A DNA stretch of 64,000 nt, from contig JAHDYR010000034.1 of assembly GCA_019828565.1 (NCBI GenBank), forward strand, positions 1-64,000, written 5' to 3'. A program made the translations under genes and the position numbers. Below the pieces are notes generated by a model. It searched no databases, was not told where the DNA came from, and saw only the letters and a list, made by a program, of their open reading frames with translations. This document shows positions 11,374 through 21,042 of this stretch, one piece after another (the first letter of the stretch is position 1; every line of letters starts with the position of its first letter). Origin of the DNA: Carpediemonas membranifera BICM. Its lineage: Eukaryota > Protista > Fornicata.

Positions 11374-14144
11374 TCAGACCAGCTCGAGCTCGCCCCGGGT
11401 CACGTGTGCGAGAACGTCTCCCAGGCGGACGACGACAACCATGGAGGGGCCAACCTCGGTCTCGCGGTCGTCCTCAGCGAGGGACAGGGGACCTACGAGG
11501 TCGATGCCCATCACATCGCGGTCCAGCAGCTTGTGCGACACCAGCACCGGCCTGGGATTGTCGGGGTCGTCGATGCGGGGCGGCAGAGACACGCAGACGT
11601 GCTGGGACAGCATCCGGGCGAGCTTGGCCGCGGCCTCGCGCTGGGACAGGCCGGACGATTCCCCAGGCGCGAGGATGTCGCCCGCCACTCGCCGGGCCGT
11701 ATCGATGGCGTGGGACTTCGCCGTCGCCACCTCGGTCAGGTAGCGCGCCTCTGCCGGCGAGAGCAGCTCGGCCGTCCCAGCCGCCTGGCAGGCCGTCGCG
11801 ACGTAGTACGGCGTCCAGGGATCGGCCTCGATCTTGCGGGCCCGCAGCGCAGCGTACTGGCGGGCAACGAACCGCCAGCGGGCGATGTCGGCGCGTAGCA
11901 CCGCCTGATCCAGCCCACCGACGACGCCCTCGTCGTCCCCGTCGGCCTGTGAGACCTCCGCGACGAGGGAGTGGACCTCCGCGAGGGCATGGGCCCCGAT
12001 GAAGGGCAGCAGCATCTCTGTGGCGGACTCGGCGGCCATGGCGCGCTGCAGCACGAGGAAGGGGTCATAGTTTGGGTCGAACGAGACGTCGCCGCTGGTG
12101 TCCCACTCATGGTCTGGGGCCACGGCGTAGAACACGGGGGCGAGCGATCCCGGGCCGTCTTCGTTGATCAGGGTCGGGGCTTCCCGCCGGGGAACGAACG
12201 TCGCCGCGAACAGGTCGAACAGGGCGCCGTCGGGCCCGTGCGTCTGGCTGACCCTGGCCTGGAGCACCTCGGGGTAGTCGAGGGCGTGCTTGGCCCGGAG
12301 TAGCTCGAACATCTGAGTGCGGATGTCGCACAAACTGCCACCGATGGCCGCCGCCTCGAAGGGGACGATGTTGCTCAGCACGAACTGGGGCCGGTAGACG
12401 TCGACGGCCATGACGGCGGCGGACAGCTTCGTCTTGCGGCGGACGAGCCACACGCGCAGGGCGTTGAGGATCCGCTGCTGGTCGTCCGGCAGGATCGCCA
12501 GGCTGTCCCGCACAGCGAACAGCAGCCGCTGCAGCTCGTAGATGTACCGCGGCACCTTAGCGAACGTGTCGGCGCCGTCCTCCGCGGCCTTGAGGGCGGT
12601 GAGAGCCTGCTCGGTGAACCAGCCCGGGGGGTGGACCGTCACCAGCCCCCGGGCCGCCAGGTCGCACGCAACCCACAGCGGCACCTCCTGCGGCTCGGCG
12701 CCGGTCAGGTCGCACACACGACGGAAGGCAAGGGACATGACATCACGGACGGGGGCGTTATCCACCGCGTCAACACGGACGAGCGCCTCGGGGTCGTGGA
12801 CAGCGTTGCCGCACATGACCTCCCGGACGGCCCTGGCGGTGCAGTCGAGGAAGGGGCGGGCGAGGTCGGACGCGGACCGGTACTCCTGCTCCCTCAGCCC
12901 GAAGGAGACGTCCGGCAGGAAGCACGACGAGTCGTTGATGCCCGTGTACTCCACAGTACGGTCCGTCACGAAGGCGTCCGTGCCCGCCGACGCCGCGAAG
13001 TCGACCTGCTCGGAGGCGCTGTAGGGGTTGTTGAACAGGGCGTCGAACTCGATGGCGAGGTCCCCCACCCCGTCGTCGCCGGCGGCGTCGTCCCACCACC
13101 CCTCAGCCAGGGCCTGCCGGGCACTCCAGACCGTCCGCACGAACTCCTGCTCGGGGGCCGCGATGGCCGACGAGACGGAGGGGTGTGCGGTGAGGGTGGA
13201 GTCCGCCTGCACGACGAGCTCGCCGTCCCAGGTGAGCGCGCTGATTGTGTTCAGCCGCTGGTCGAAGTACACGAGGCCGGCCCGCTTGATGGCCGTGCTG
13301 TAAGCGTTGGCAGTGCGGTAGTCGTTGGAGCGGGGGTCTCCCTCACACGCCCCCTTGATATCCCGCAGTGTCCGTAGCGTCCCGAACATCCGCTCGAGGT
13401 CCTCTACGTCCAGCGGCTGAAGATCGGGGCGGGCCGCCGCCCGAAGGACCTTGCTCAGCGTCCCAGTGATGTTTCGAGTGTCGGTGCGGGTATAGCGCGT
13501 CGACCGGCCCCCCGCCCGCTTGACGGTCTTCGCCTTCTTGCCGCGGCCGGTGTGGTACCCGAGCATTCGGCCACTGTGGGCCGCCTTGTTGAACACCCGG
13601 AGCTCTCCAGTCGTCATGCGCTGGACGAGGTCGTCGTTGGCGTTGTACTCGTTATTCATCGCCTTCATGGTGAACCCGCCGATGCGCCGCTTGAACGTCG
13701 CATCGATGAAGTCAACTATGTCCGCCCGGGATAGCTGCGGCATCTGCCGGGCGAGCTGGCGGTAGGACTCGTAGAACTGCGGCCTGTCGGACAGATCGGC
13801 GTCCTCAGGAGCACGGACAAGCTCGTCCTGGCGTGATACCTTATTGGCGTTCTGACTACGGCGGTTGGTGACGGCGCGGAACTCCTTGGGGATGAGTCGG
13901 TCGGCATCGATCGATTCGGCCACAAAAAGAGGCACAAAGAGGCTAGTGCCTTCCTTAATCTAGCGTAAGCTGTAGGACTTGAGACATACCTGTGTGTCTT
14001 GGTTAGAATAGCGTTGAGCATCGTGAATGTGGCCGGTGGCATCACACGGTTGTCCTGTGTTAGACGACAGTTATATATCATACGCATTCGAACCTCTATG
14101 GGTTCGAAAGAAGCCAAGAGCTCCTCCAAGGTGCCTTGGTTCAT
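11374..14144 (-). CDS. Single-polypeptide GINS complex: Psf3-Psf1-Psf2-Sld5 fusion, 903 aa, exons 14144-14084, 14054-13990, 13959-11374
   Basis: Introns 14083-14055 (GTATGA...CTAACACAG, 29 nt) and 13989-13960 (GTATGT...CTTACGCTAG, 30 nt) join the ATG at 14144 to the 853-aa ORF in frame. Psf3 motifs TLEELLASFEPIEVR, VPLFVA, PQFYE, TFKRR; Psf1 motif KRAGLVYFDQRLNTISALTW; Psf2 motif EVPLWVA...PPGW...RRKTKL; Sld5 motifs RWRFVARQYAALRARKIE, LSPAE, C-terminal VTRGELELV. Confidence 0.88.
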
Positions 14145-14411
14145 AGCGCGCGATTCCGATTATCCTTATTCTGCGAATTACTTGTCCGTGGCGAGGACGC
14201 CGTGGGGGGTAGCCGGCCGGTGGTGACTACCTGGTCCATCCTCGCTGGTCATCCAAAAGGTGGGTGTATTTCCGATGACATGCGCACTACCACAGGGGCA
14301 GGCGAGTGCCGGCGATTGGCCCAATGCACGGCTATCCTGGATGGGGACTTTAGTTTGGCAGCATTGTCGGGAAAACTGCGGGAGGGTTCATGACAAGACC
14401 GAAGAGGAGAA

Positions 14412-15662
14412 ATGCAGAAAACCGATGCTGTGAAGGGTACGCCCCTTGACCTTGCTCTACACTCCGTAACTACCATTACAAACGACGATTCCGGTCGGTG
14501 CGTGCTCGTTACACCGATACATGGCGTAGGGTCGCTTCCGACGCCGCAGATGTCTCGGATGACCATCCACCTCCGTATTGACGGCTCCCCGGTATTCGTT
14601 GGAACTGTCGGCGGCGGCATGATGGAGGCCAAGTGCCAGGCGCACGGCGTGGAGATGTTGAAGGACTCCACTCTCCCGGCCGTGTCCGCGCAGACGTACG
14701 AGCTGCGCCACGGGGACATCTCCATATGCGGCGGTACAGCGCGCTTCCTGTTTGAACGCGTCTGCCGCAACGACACTGAGACGAGGGCGGCGCTGCACCG
14801 CATGGCCGCCATCCGCCGGGAACCCTACCTCGTCGGCGTGGAGGTCGTGCGGCTGAGCCCCTACCCCGAGCCGGGCATCCACTCCCGCCGCATGGTGGTG
14901 CTGATCGACCCTCGGACACCAGGTCGCGTGCACTCTGCCGTGGGCAGTGTGGCCGTTGACGACGAGTCGGGCGCGGACGAGATGACGCGGTGGGCCCGGG
15001 AGAAGTGCGTTGCCATGGCTAGCGCGTCGCACATGGAGGTGTGCCGCTACCGGAGCATGGAGTTCTTCTTCTACACGGTCGCACCCCGCCCCACGCTGTT
15101 CATCATGGGCGGCGGTCACGTCGGGCAGGAGGTCGCGCACGTCATGTCCCGCACCGGCTTCATCATCCACGTCTTTGACGACAGGGCTGAGTTCGTCGAC
15201 CCGGCCATCTTCCCCGCGGACACCCACACCCACCTGGTTCACTTCACCCAGAAGGCGTTCGAGGCGGACGATGGCGCCGATAAGGAACGTCTGACCTCGC
15301 TACCTGTCTTCGGCACCCATGAGCTGCGCCGCCAGGCATGCGACCCCCTTCGCTCTTTCGTCGTCATCGTCTCCCGGGGCCACTCCTGCGATACAGACAT
15401 CCTGGACAAGGTCATCAAGGAGACCACGCCGCGGTACACGGGCATGATCGGGTCCCGTTCGAAGATCAAGAAGGTCTTCGCCGAGCTCGTCACCATGGGC
15501 GCCGACCAGGCCGAGCTCGATAGGGTGCATGCCCCCATCGGCCTCCCCATTGGTGGCGATACGCCCGGCGAGATCTCGATCAGCATTGCGGCCGAGATCA
15601 TCCAGGAATGGCGGCAGGGCCACAAGCACTTCACGGACGAGAGCAAGGTGCTGCTTGACTGA
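14412..15662 (+). CDS. xdhC: XdhC/CoxI-family molybdenum-hydroxylase accessory protein
   Basis: GTVGGG, ICGG, LFIMGGGHVG, DDRAEF, SRGHSCD, YTGMIGSRSK, APIGLPIGGDTPGEISISIAAEII. Confidence 0.92.
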   Translation: MQKTDAVKGTPLDLALHSVTTITNDDSGRCVLVTPIHGVGSLPTPQMSRMTIHLRIDGSPVFVGTVGGGMMEAKCQAHGVEMLKDSTLPAVSAQTYELRHGDISICGGTARFLFERVCRNDTETRAALHRMAAIRREPYLVGVEVVRLSPYPEPGIHSRRMVVLIDPRTPGRVHSAVGSVAVDDESGADEMTRWAREKCVAMASASHMEVCRYRSMEFFFYTVAPRPTLFIMGGGHVGQEVAHVMSRTGFIIHVFDDRAEFVDPAIFPADTHTHLVHFTQKAFEADDGADKERLTSLPVFGTHELRRQACDPLRSFVVIVSRGHSCDTDILDKVIKETTPRYTGMIGSRSKIKKVFAELVTMGADQAELDRVHAPIGLPIGGDTPGEISISIAAEIIQEWRQGHKHFTDESKVLLD

Positions 15663-15710
15663 GCCAGTAAATCGTTTATCTGCACTCTGCGGAGCCGGCG
15701 TGCGGTGCCC

Positions 15711-16049
15711 TCACCGGGTCCGGGGGTACTGCGCCTTCACGAAGTCGGTGCGGCGAGTCAGCGTCATTGGCTCAAACGTGGCCTTATCCACCCTTGCAAG
15801 CCTCCCAAATGGCCTAGGACCACTGAGCCATGCTTTCATCTTATCCACAGCGTCGCTGCTGCCCTCAATCAGGCCAGAAACGGTCCCATCGGGGTTATTG
15901 CGAACCCATCCAACCAAACCGAGCTCTTTCGCTTTAAGCACCGAATTCTTGCGAAAAAACACGCCCTGTACCCTTCCAGTGACGACAAAAGCGACTGCGA
16001 TCGTGGTGACCATCAACCCGGAACTTGTCCCTGGCAGGTCTACCGGCAT
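15711..16049 (-). CDS. acyP: Acylphosphatase (start may be the ATG at 16013)
   Basis: VTGRVQGVFFR...GLVGWVRNNPDGTV signature. Confidence 0.95.
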   Translation of the reverse strand: MPVDLPGTSSGLMVTTIAVAFVVTGRVQGVFFRKNSVLKAKELGLVGWVRNNPDGTVSGLIEGSSDAVDKMKAWLSGPRPFGRLARVDKATFEPMTLTRRTDFVKAQYPRTR

Positions 16050-16062
16050 ATGCCCTCAGCCG

Positions 16063-16668
16063 TCACCCGAGCCTGAGATCGCAGTCCTCGAGCATGCGCT
16101 GCTCCAGGCGCCCAGCCCTGATCCGGTCCGACTCCCACTCCTTGTCCCGCCGCTGCAGCTCGTCCTGCAGCTCACCCACCGTGCGTCGGGCACGATCCGC
16201 CTCAGACATGGCAGCAAGAGCCTGCTGGCGCCATCTCTCAGCGTCTGGCGCTGGGCAACGCATGGCGGCCACGCGGAGCTGAGCGATGAGGGAGGCAGCG
16301 GCGTCATTGGCGGTGGCAGCTTCCTGGTTTCGACTGTACACTGTCCGCTCCAAGGCGTCAATGCGCTTCATCAGCCCGACGATGCGGGCCTCATCCTCGC
16401 GGGCCCGGACGACGTCCATCGGGGTGGTCTGTGTTGATCGGCATATGCCACCGCTGTACGCTTGCACAGCCATATCGATTGTTGCCCTGCTTTCACCGAA
16501 GAGAGCCTGCTGGTGCTGCATGCGGCGCATCTTGTCCTCGTGGAACACCTTGAACCGACGAAGGGCGTCCGACAAGGCCCTGTTGCTTTCCTTGAGTTCT
16601 TCGACACTTATATCCCCTCGTGGGTCCTGGTATGCGCTGTTGGATGGGGACCAGTGGGGCGCCTCCAT
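16063..16668 (-). CDS. Hypothetical coiled-coil protein
   Basis: ORF from first ATG; heptad-like E/R/Q/A/L-rich sequence. Confidence 0.55.
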   Translation of the reverse strand: MEAPHWSPSNSAYQDPRGDISVEELKESNRALSDALRRFKVFHEDKMRRMQHQQALFGESRATIDMAVQAYSGGICRSTQTTPMDVVRAREDEARIVGLMKRIDALERTVYSRNQEAATANDAAASLIAQLRVAAMRCPAPDAERWRQQALAAMSEADRARRTVGELQDELQRRDKEWESDRIRAGRLEQRMLEDCDLRLG

Positions 16669-16963
16669 GGTTGGCGCCAAAGTCGGGACCAACTGACCTG
16701 CCACACGGTGCCACTCGCGGCTGAATGCTGGGCAGCTCAGGAGCAGTCAGGGCTGAACGAGTGACCTCGTCGTCTCACATTTTCTAGCCTCATGTTGGAC
16801 GAAGACCCGCCCCGGAACCTCAGCCCGGCGACACCAGCGTGGCCTCCTCATTGGCGTGTCAGTGGGGCACGGCCGATACCGTTCAATAAGATCTTGTGTC
16901 AAAAAATTCGTTGACCGTGTCAGCTGGAAGAACGCGGCGACGTGCTTGTATTAGGATTCCTCG

Positions 16964-17344
16964 ATGCCCACTGCACCAGAAAAATGGACAAAATATACAC
17001 AGATGAATGTGAACGTCCCTAGAGATGTTGAATTGCCGGCATCACCGCCATCCGCGTCGGAATCATGGGCAAGCTACGTACAGCGGCCGAAAAGCCCCAT
17101 GGACGTGGGATCGCCACCATCTTCGCGCCGAAAGATCGAATGCGGAGGTCCCTACCCGCCGTATTCCATCGCCAAACGGATATACCGCCGACGGATGACG
17201 TGGCTGTCGCGACAGGACGGGGTGCCTGAGGCATCCGAGACGGAGTGGTCCGACGCGGAGACAGTCGAGTACGTGCTGCCCGCGAACGCCGTGGTGAAGG
17301 TCATGGGGCCCGGTTCCCTCGGTGCCCGCCAGGCGTTCTATTGA
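16964..17344 (+). CDS. Hypothetical protein, 126 aa
   Basis: ATG-started ORF with GTAAA shortly after the stop; no family recognised. Confidence 0.5.
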   Translation: MPTAPEKWTKYTQMNVNVPRDVELPASPPSASESWASYVQRPKSPMDVGSPPSSRRKIECGGPYPPYSIAKRIYRRRMTWLSRQDGVPEASETEWSDAETVEYVLPANAVVKVMGPGSLGARQAFY

Positions 17345-17565
17345 ACACTCGACACGGGTAAACAGTCTTCACTATTCGTACGTTGTGTGGTTGTTTGAGC
17401 AGTGTGGTGATCTCTGGGACCGAGGCTCACAGGAGCGGCATGGGAGGGTGACCCGCTCCAAGACCACCACACGGAGATCAGCGGCTTGCCGATGCTGTCT
17501 GACACTTGCCATCCATCCGGACCTGGAGCATGCGGCACGGTGCCGACCCAGGCGACTGACAAACG

Positions 17566-19071
17566 ATGGTGAGGGGCGTGGTCGTGGTCAACGACGAGCA
17601 ATCGCAGGCCTATACGCAGCGATTCACTCAAGAATACACACAGCAGTGGTTCCCATCACAGGCTATGCCTAACGAGCCCACTACCACCGCAAACATTCAA
17701 AACTGGATCGGATTAGCTACGGAGAGCTCGTATCTCGTAGACGAGCGCTACGAGGCGTTTATTAACAATATTCCAGCCTCGATAGGAGCGAGAGAGGCTC
17801 TCCTTGGTCTCATTGGGGCGATGCGCTGCGAGGACTCGGTCGTCCCATTCATCGGGGCCGGCGTGTCCTGCGCAGTCGGCTACGAGGGCTGGTGGTCGTT
17901 ACTGAACCGCACAGCAGGCACTCTAGACGCGAAGACGTGTGCTGATGTTCGAGAATCCCTTGCCGCGGACGCGTTCTTGGAGGCCGCGGATAAGCTGGAC
18001 GCCGCTGTGCCCGGTGGGATGTCTGCAGTCATCAAGGAGACCTTTGGACCCAAGCCGGACATGGCCCAGGCGTTGGGTGGGCTGCTTCCGTCCTTCACCG
18101 GCCCTGTGGTGACGACCAACTACGACCCAGTGGTCGAGTCCGTCCTCGGAGTCGGGCCAGCCTGCGTGATCCTGCCGACAACGGGGCAGGACGAAGCTAT
18201 CAGGGCATTGGGGCTGGGGCAGGTGGTGGTCAAGATTCACGGCACGTTCGACGTCCCCTCGAGCCACATCCTGACGAAGCGCTCGTACGACTGCGCGTAC
18301 TTGGCGGATGGGAAGCCCGACTGGACGAAGCCCATACCATGCATCGTGCAGAGTCTCAACGCGTACAGGTCGCTGCTCTTCATCGGCTGCAGCCTCGTCG
18401 CCGACGAGTACCTGACTTGGCTCGCTCCCACCTCAGCCCGCCGCAGCCACTACGCCCTGCTCCCGTACCCCGGGGACGACGCTGTGGAGGCCCGCCTGAG
18501 CTTCCTGCGGGCCCTGAACATCGAGCCCGTGTGGTACCCGTCCGGGGGGGATTGGGGGCGGCACGCATACCTGCAGACGGTCCTCGCATACGCTCTGAGC
18601 GAGGCTGCCGTGGCATCTCCTGAGCCGAGTAGCACACAGGCTGTCTTATCGTTTGACGCACAGAACCTTGTGCGGTCGGCCTGGGCGCACAGCATATTCT
18701 CCCGACTCCAACCGGCGTTCGACCTGTACTCGCAGGCCCTGTCCGTTATCGTCGACGAGAAGGCGGTCCCAGATCTCGAGCTCTTCTCCAAGTGCAAGCT
18801 CGGTCTCGCGGCATCCGCCAAGGCACTCGGCCACCGAGATCAGGCCAGGGCCCTCGTCACCGAGCTCCTCACCGTCGACACCTTGGCCCGGACCACCGTG
18901 GTGGAGGCGTGTTGGCTGTTGGCGGAGCTGTCGTACCCGGACAGGTGCGAGGAGGCCCTCCATGCTCTGTACGGGGCGATGGCCAGCATCACGGCAGAGA
19001 CCTGGGGGTCCGAGGCGAGGGCTGTCGGCAAGCTGGTAGAGAAGCTTAGATTGACCGTAAATGAATGCTAG
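17566..19071 (+). CDS. SIR2-like (SIR2_2 / defence-type NADase) domain + C-terminal TPR-like helical region
   Basis: VVPFIGAGVS, VVTTNYD, VKIHG, SLLFIGCSL; no sirtuin Zn-ribbon; C-terminal helices AFDLYSQAL, LGLAASAKALGHRDQARAL. Alternative start ATG at 17665. Confidence 0.85.
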   Translation: MVRGVVVVNDEQSQAYTQRFTQEYTQQWFPSQAMPNEPTTTANIQNWIGLATESSYLVDERYEAFINNIPASIGAREALLGLIGAMRCEDSVVPFIGAGVSCAVGYEGWWSLLNRTAGTLDAKTCADVRESLAADAFLEAADKLDAAVPGGMSAVIKETFGPKPDMAQALGGLLPSFTGPVVTTNYDPVVESVLGVGPACVILPTTGQDEAIRALGLGQVVVKIHGTFDVPSSHILTKRSYDCAYLADGKPDWTKPIPCIVQSLNAYRSLLFIGCSLVADEYLTWLAPTSARRSHYALLPYPGDDAVEARLSFLRALNIEPVWYPSGGDWGRHAYLQTVLAYALSEAAVASPEPSSTQAVLSFDAQNLVRSAWAHSIFSRLQPAFDLYSQALSVIVDEKAVPDLELFSKCKLGLAASAKALGHRDQARALVTELLTVDTLARTTVVEACWLLAELSYPDRCEEALHALYGAMASITAETWGSEARAVGKLVEKLRLTVNEC

Positions 19072-19150
19072 AGGAATGATTGGCGTTCAATTCATTGCTT
19101 GACCAATATTGACCACATGTTGTCAACGATGGCTTGACAAGAAACACCAA

Positions 19151-20437
19151 ATGCAGCGCTTTGTTGCACCGGAACCAGATCAAACGAAGAGCAAGCATCA
19201 GGACTTTTCGAGCGAGACACCACAAGCTCAAGCAGCCACGAATCCGCACACTCTGCGGCAGTGCATCCGAGCCGAGGTGGGCATAATGGGCAAGGAGTAC
19301 CTACAACGGTGCCTTGAGCTTGGCGCGATCGACCTCCCCCAAGACATGTGGCGTCCGTTCGTCAACCTGCTCCTGTCTGTCGAGAGGGAGAGCTTCCTCG
19401 TCGACTGGACCGACTCGAGCGGCGGCCGCAGGAGGACCACCGTCGTCGGGGTCCAAATCGGGTACAACACGTTCGGCGAAGTCCAGTTCACGGCGGAGGA
19501 CACGGGTGACGGCCTCCTTATCACCGCGCTGAACCAGCTCTTGGCAAACGCCATGGAAGCTCCCGGGGTATGGGGTGGCGCCGCGGTAGCCATCCTCGCA
19601 GATCATTCCACGATGTCACAGGAGGACCGAACGACGCTCATCAACGCAGCAGTGCGCCAGGCCCGCCCTGCGTTCGGCGAAGCGGTCTTCCCCGCGCCCC
19701 CGATGACCTCAGCAGATATACACGCCCTGTCCACGTGGCACGCGGGACCAAATACTGACGGCCCGCTTGTTTGCCCGGTCGCCCACATTCTCGGCCGCCA
19801 CGCCGCGATGGCGCTAAGGGTCGGGCAGGACCTGCTGCCCCATGGCGTGCACAGAGCTCTCAGGGTTCGTATCGTCGGCGAGGTTGGTGTTCGGGACGCG
19901 CTCTCAGTTGCCACGGAGGCGGGTATGCGAGTGGTTGCCTGCAGACTTGGAGAGCACACGGTCGTCGATGCCGTGGGGCTTGACCTGTCTCAGGTCAGAG
20001 AGCTGGCCCGTGTTGGCCTGGAAGAGTTCTCCCAGGGCCACCCCACGACGGTCTGTGTTGATCGAGTGCCTACCGTTCTCGAATACGACGCGGTCTTGTT
20101 CCTGCCCGAGGCCAACCCGCCGACGATTGCCCAAGTCGACCGGATCCTGGGGGAGGCCATGATCGCCGTGGAGACGTATCCGCTCCTCGGCAGACACGCG
20201 CGGGAGCTGAGGCGACGGGGTCTCGTCCTCATCCCACCCTATCTCGCGGGGGTTTCCGCGGCGCTCGCCCTCGACAGACGTCCGGATGCCCAGATGAGAG
20301 AAGCACTTGCCCGCAAGACGACAGCAGTTCTGACTCAGTGCAGGCGAGAGGGACACGACGCAAGTTTGACCGAGGGGTGCGAGGCGCTGGCCATGACGGG
20401 CCTCATCACAGCATGGCGCAGGGAGGGCTTCCTATAA
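19151..20437 (+). CDS. Glutamate-dehydrogenase-like protein lacking catalytic residues (pseudoenzyme)
   Basis: Colinear Glu/Leu/Phe/Val dehydrogenase landmarks: WGGAAVAI (cf. GGAKGGI), FPAPP (cf. IPAPD), VVDAVGLDL (cf. YDPxGLD), RRGLVLIPPYLAG (cf. RGIxVIPDxLAN). Confidence 0.75.
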   Translation: MQRFVAPEPDQTKSKHQDFSSETPQAQAATNPHTLRQCIRAEVGIMGKEYLQRCLELGAIDLPQDMWRPFVNLLLSVERESFLVDWTDSSGGRRRTTVVGVQIGYNTFGEVQFTAEDTGDGLLITALNQLLANAMEAPGVWGGAAVAILADHSTMSQEDRTTLINAAVRQARPAFGEAVFPAPPMTSADIHALSTWHAGPNTDGPLVCPVAHILGRHAAMALRVGQDLLPHGVHRALRVRIVGEVGVRDALSVATEAGMRVVACRLGEHTVVDAVGLDLSQVRELARVGLEEFSQGHPTTVCVDRVPTVLEYDAVLFLPEANPPTIAQVDRILGEAMIAVETYPLLGRHARELRRRGLVLIPPYLAGVSAALALDRRPDAQMREALARKTTAVLTQCRREGHDASLTEGCEALAMTGLITAWRREGFL

Positions 20438-20457
20438 AGGAAGACCGATGATGCCGT

Positions 20458-21042
20458 TTAATAGTCCTCGACGAAGAGCTTGAAGTAGCCCTGGGGGTGT
20501 GAGCAGGCGGGGCACACCTTGGGGGCCTCCTTGCCGACGTGGATGTAGCCGCAGTTCAGGCAAATCCAGCGGCGCTCGTCTAAACGGACAAAGATCTCGC
20601 CCTCACGGAAGTTCTGGAGGAGCTTGGTGAAGCGGGCGTGGTGGGACTTCTCAACCTCACCGATGAGCTCAAAGCTGCGGGCAATGCGGTCGAAGCCCTC
20701 CTCGCGGGCGATCTTGGCGAAGGTAGGGTACATCTCAGTGAACTCTTCGTGCTCACCGTTCGCAGCGGCTTCGAGGTTCTGCTCGGTGGTGCCGATGGAG
20801 AGGGCAGGGAAGGTGGCAGAGATCTCAACATCCTCACCGTCCTTTGAGCTGACGTACTTGAGCCACAGCTTGGCATGCTGACTCTCCTGGAGAGCCGTCT
20901 CGCGGAAGATGGCAGCGATCTGGTGATATCCCTCCTTCTGGGCCTTGCTGGCGTAGTAGTCGTAACGGTTACGGGCACCGCTCTCACCGGCGAAAGCAGC
21001 CATTAGGTTCTTGTGAGTTCTAGTGCCACGGGTGTCCGACAT
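20458..21042 (-). CDS. rbr: Rubrerythrin
   Basis: NLMAAFAGES, ExxH di-iron motifs (ESQHA, EKSHH), MYPTFA, C-terminal CxxC...CPAC rubredoxin domain; start at MSDTRG. Confidence 0.97.
   Translation of the reverse strand: MSDTRGTRTHKNLMAAFAGESGARNRYDYYASKAQKEGYHQIAAIFRETALQESQHAKLWLKYVSSKDGEDVEISATFPALSIGTTEQNLEAAANGEHEEFTEMYPTFAKIAREEGFDRIARSFELIGEVEKSHHARFTKLLQNFREGEIFVRLDERRWICLNCGYIHVGKEAPKVCPACSHPQGYFKLFVEDY

Noticed and set aside
13716-14144. Separate 142-aa ORF, or a homopolymer frameshift near 13935 joining it to the 853-aa ORF
   Set aside because: Two consensus micro-introns join the frames exactly and yield a Psf3-like N-terminus, so no frameshift is needed.
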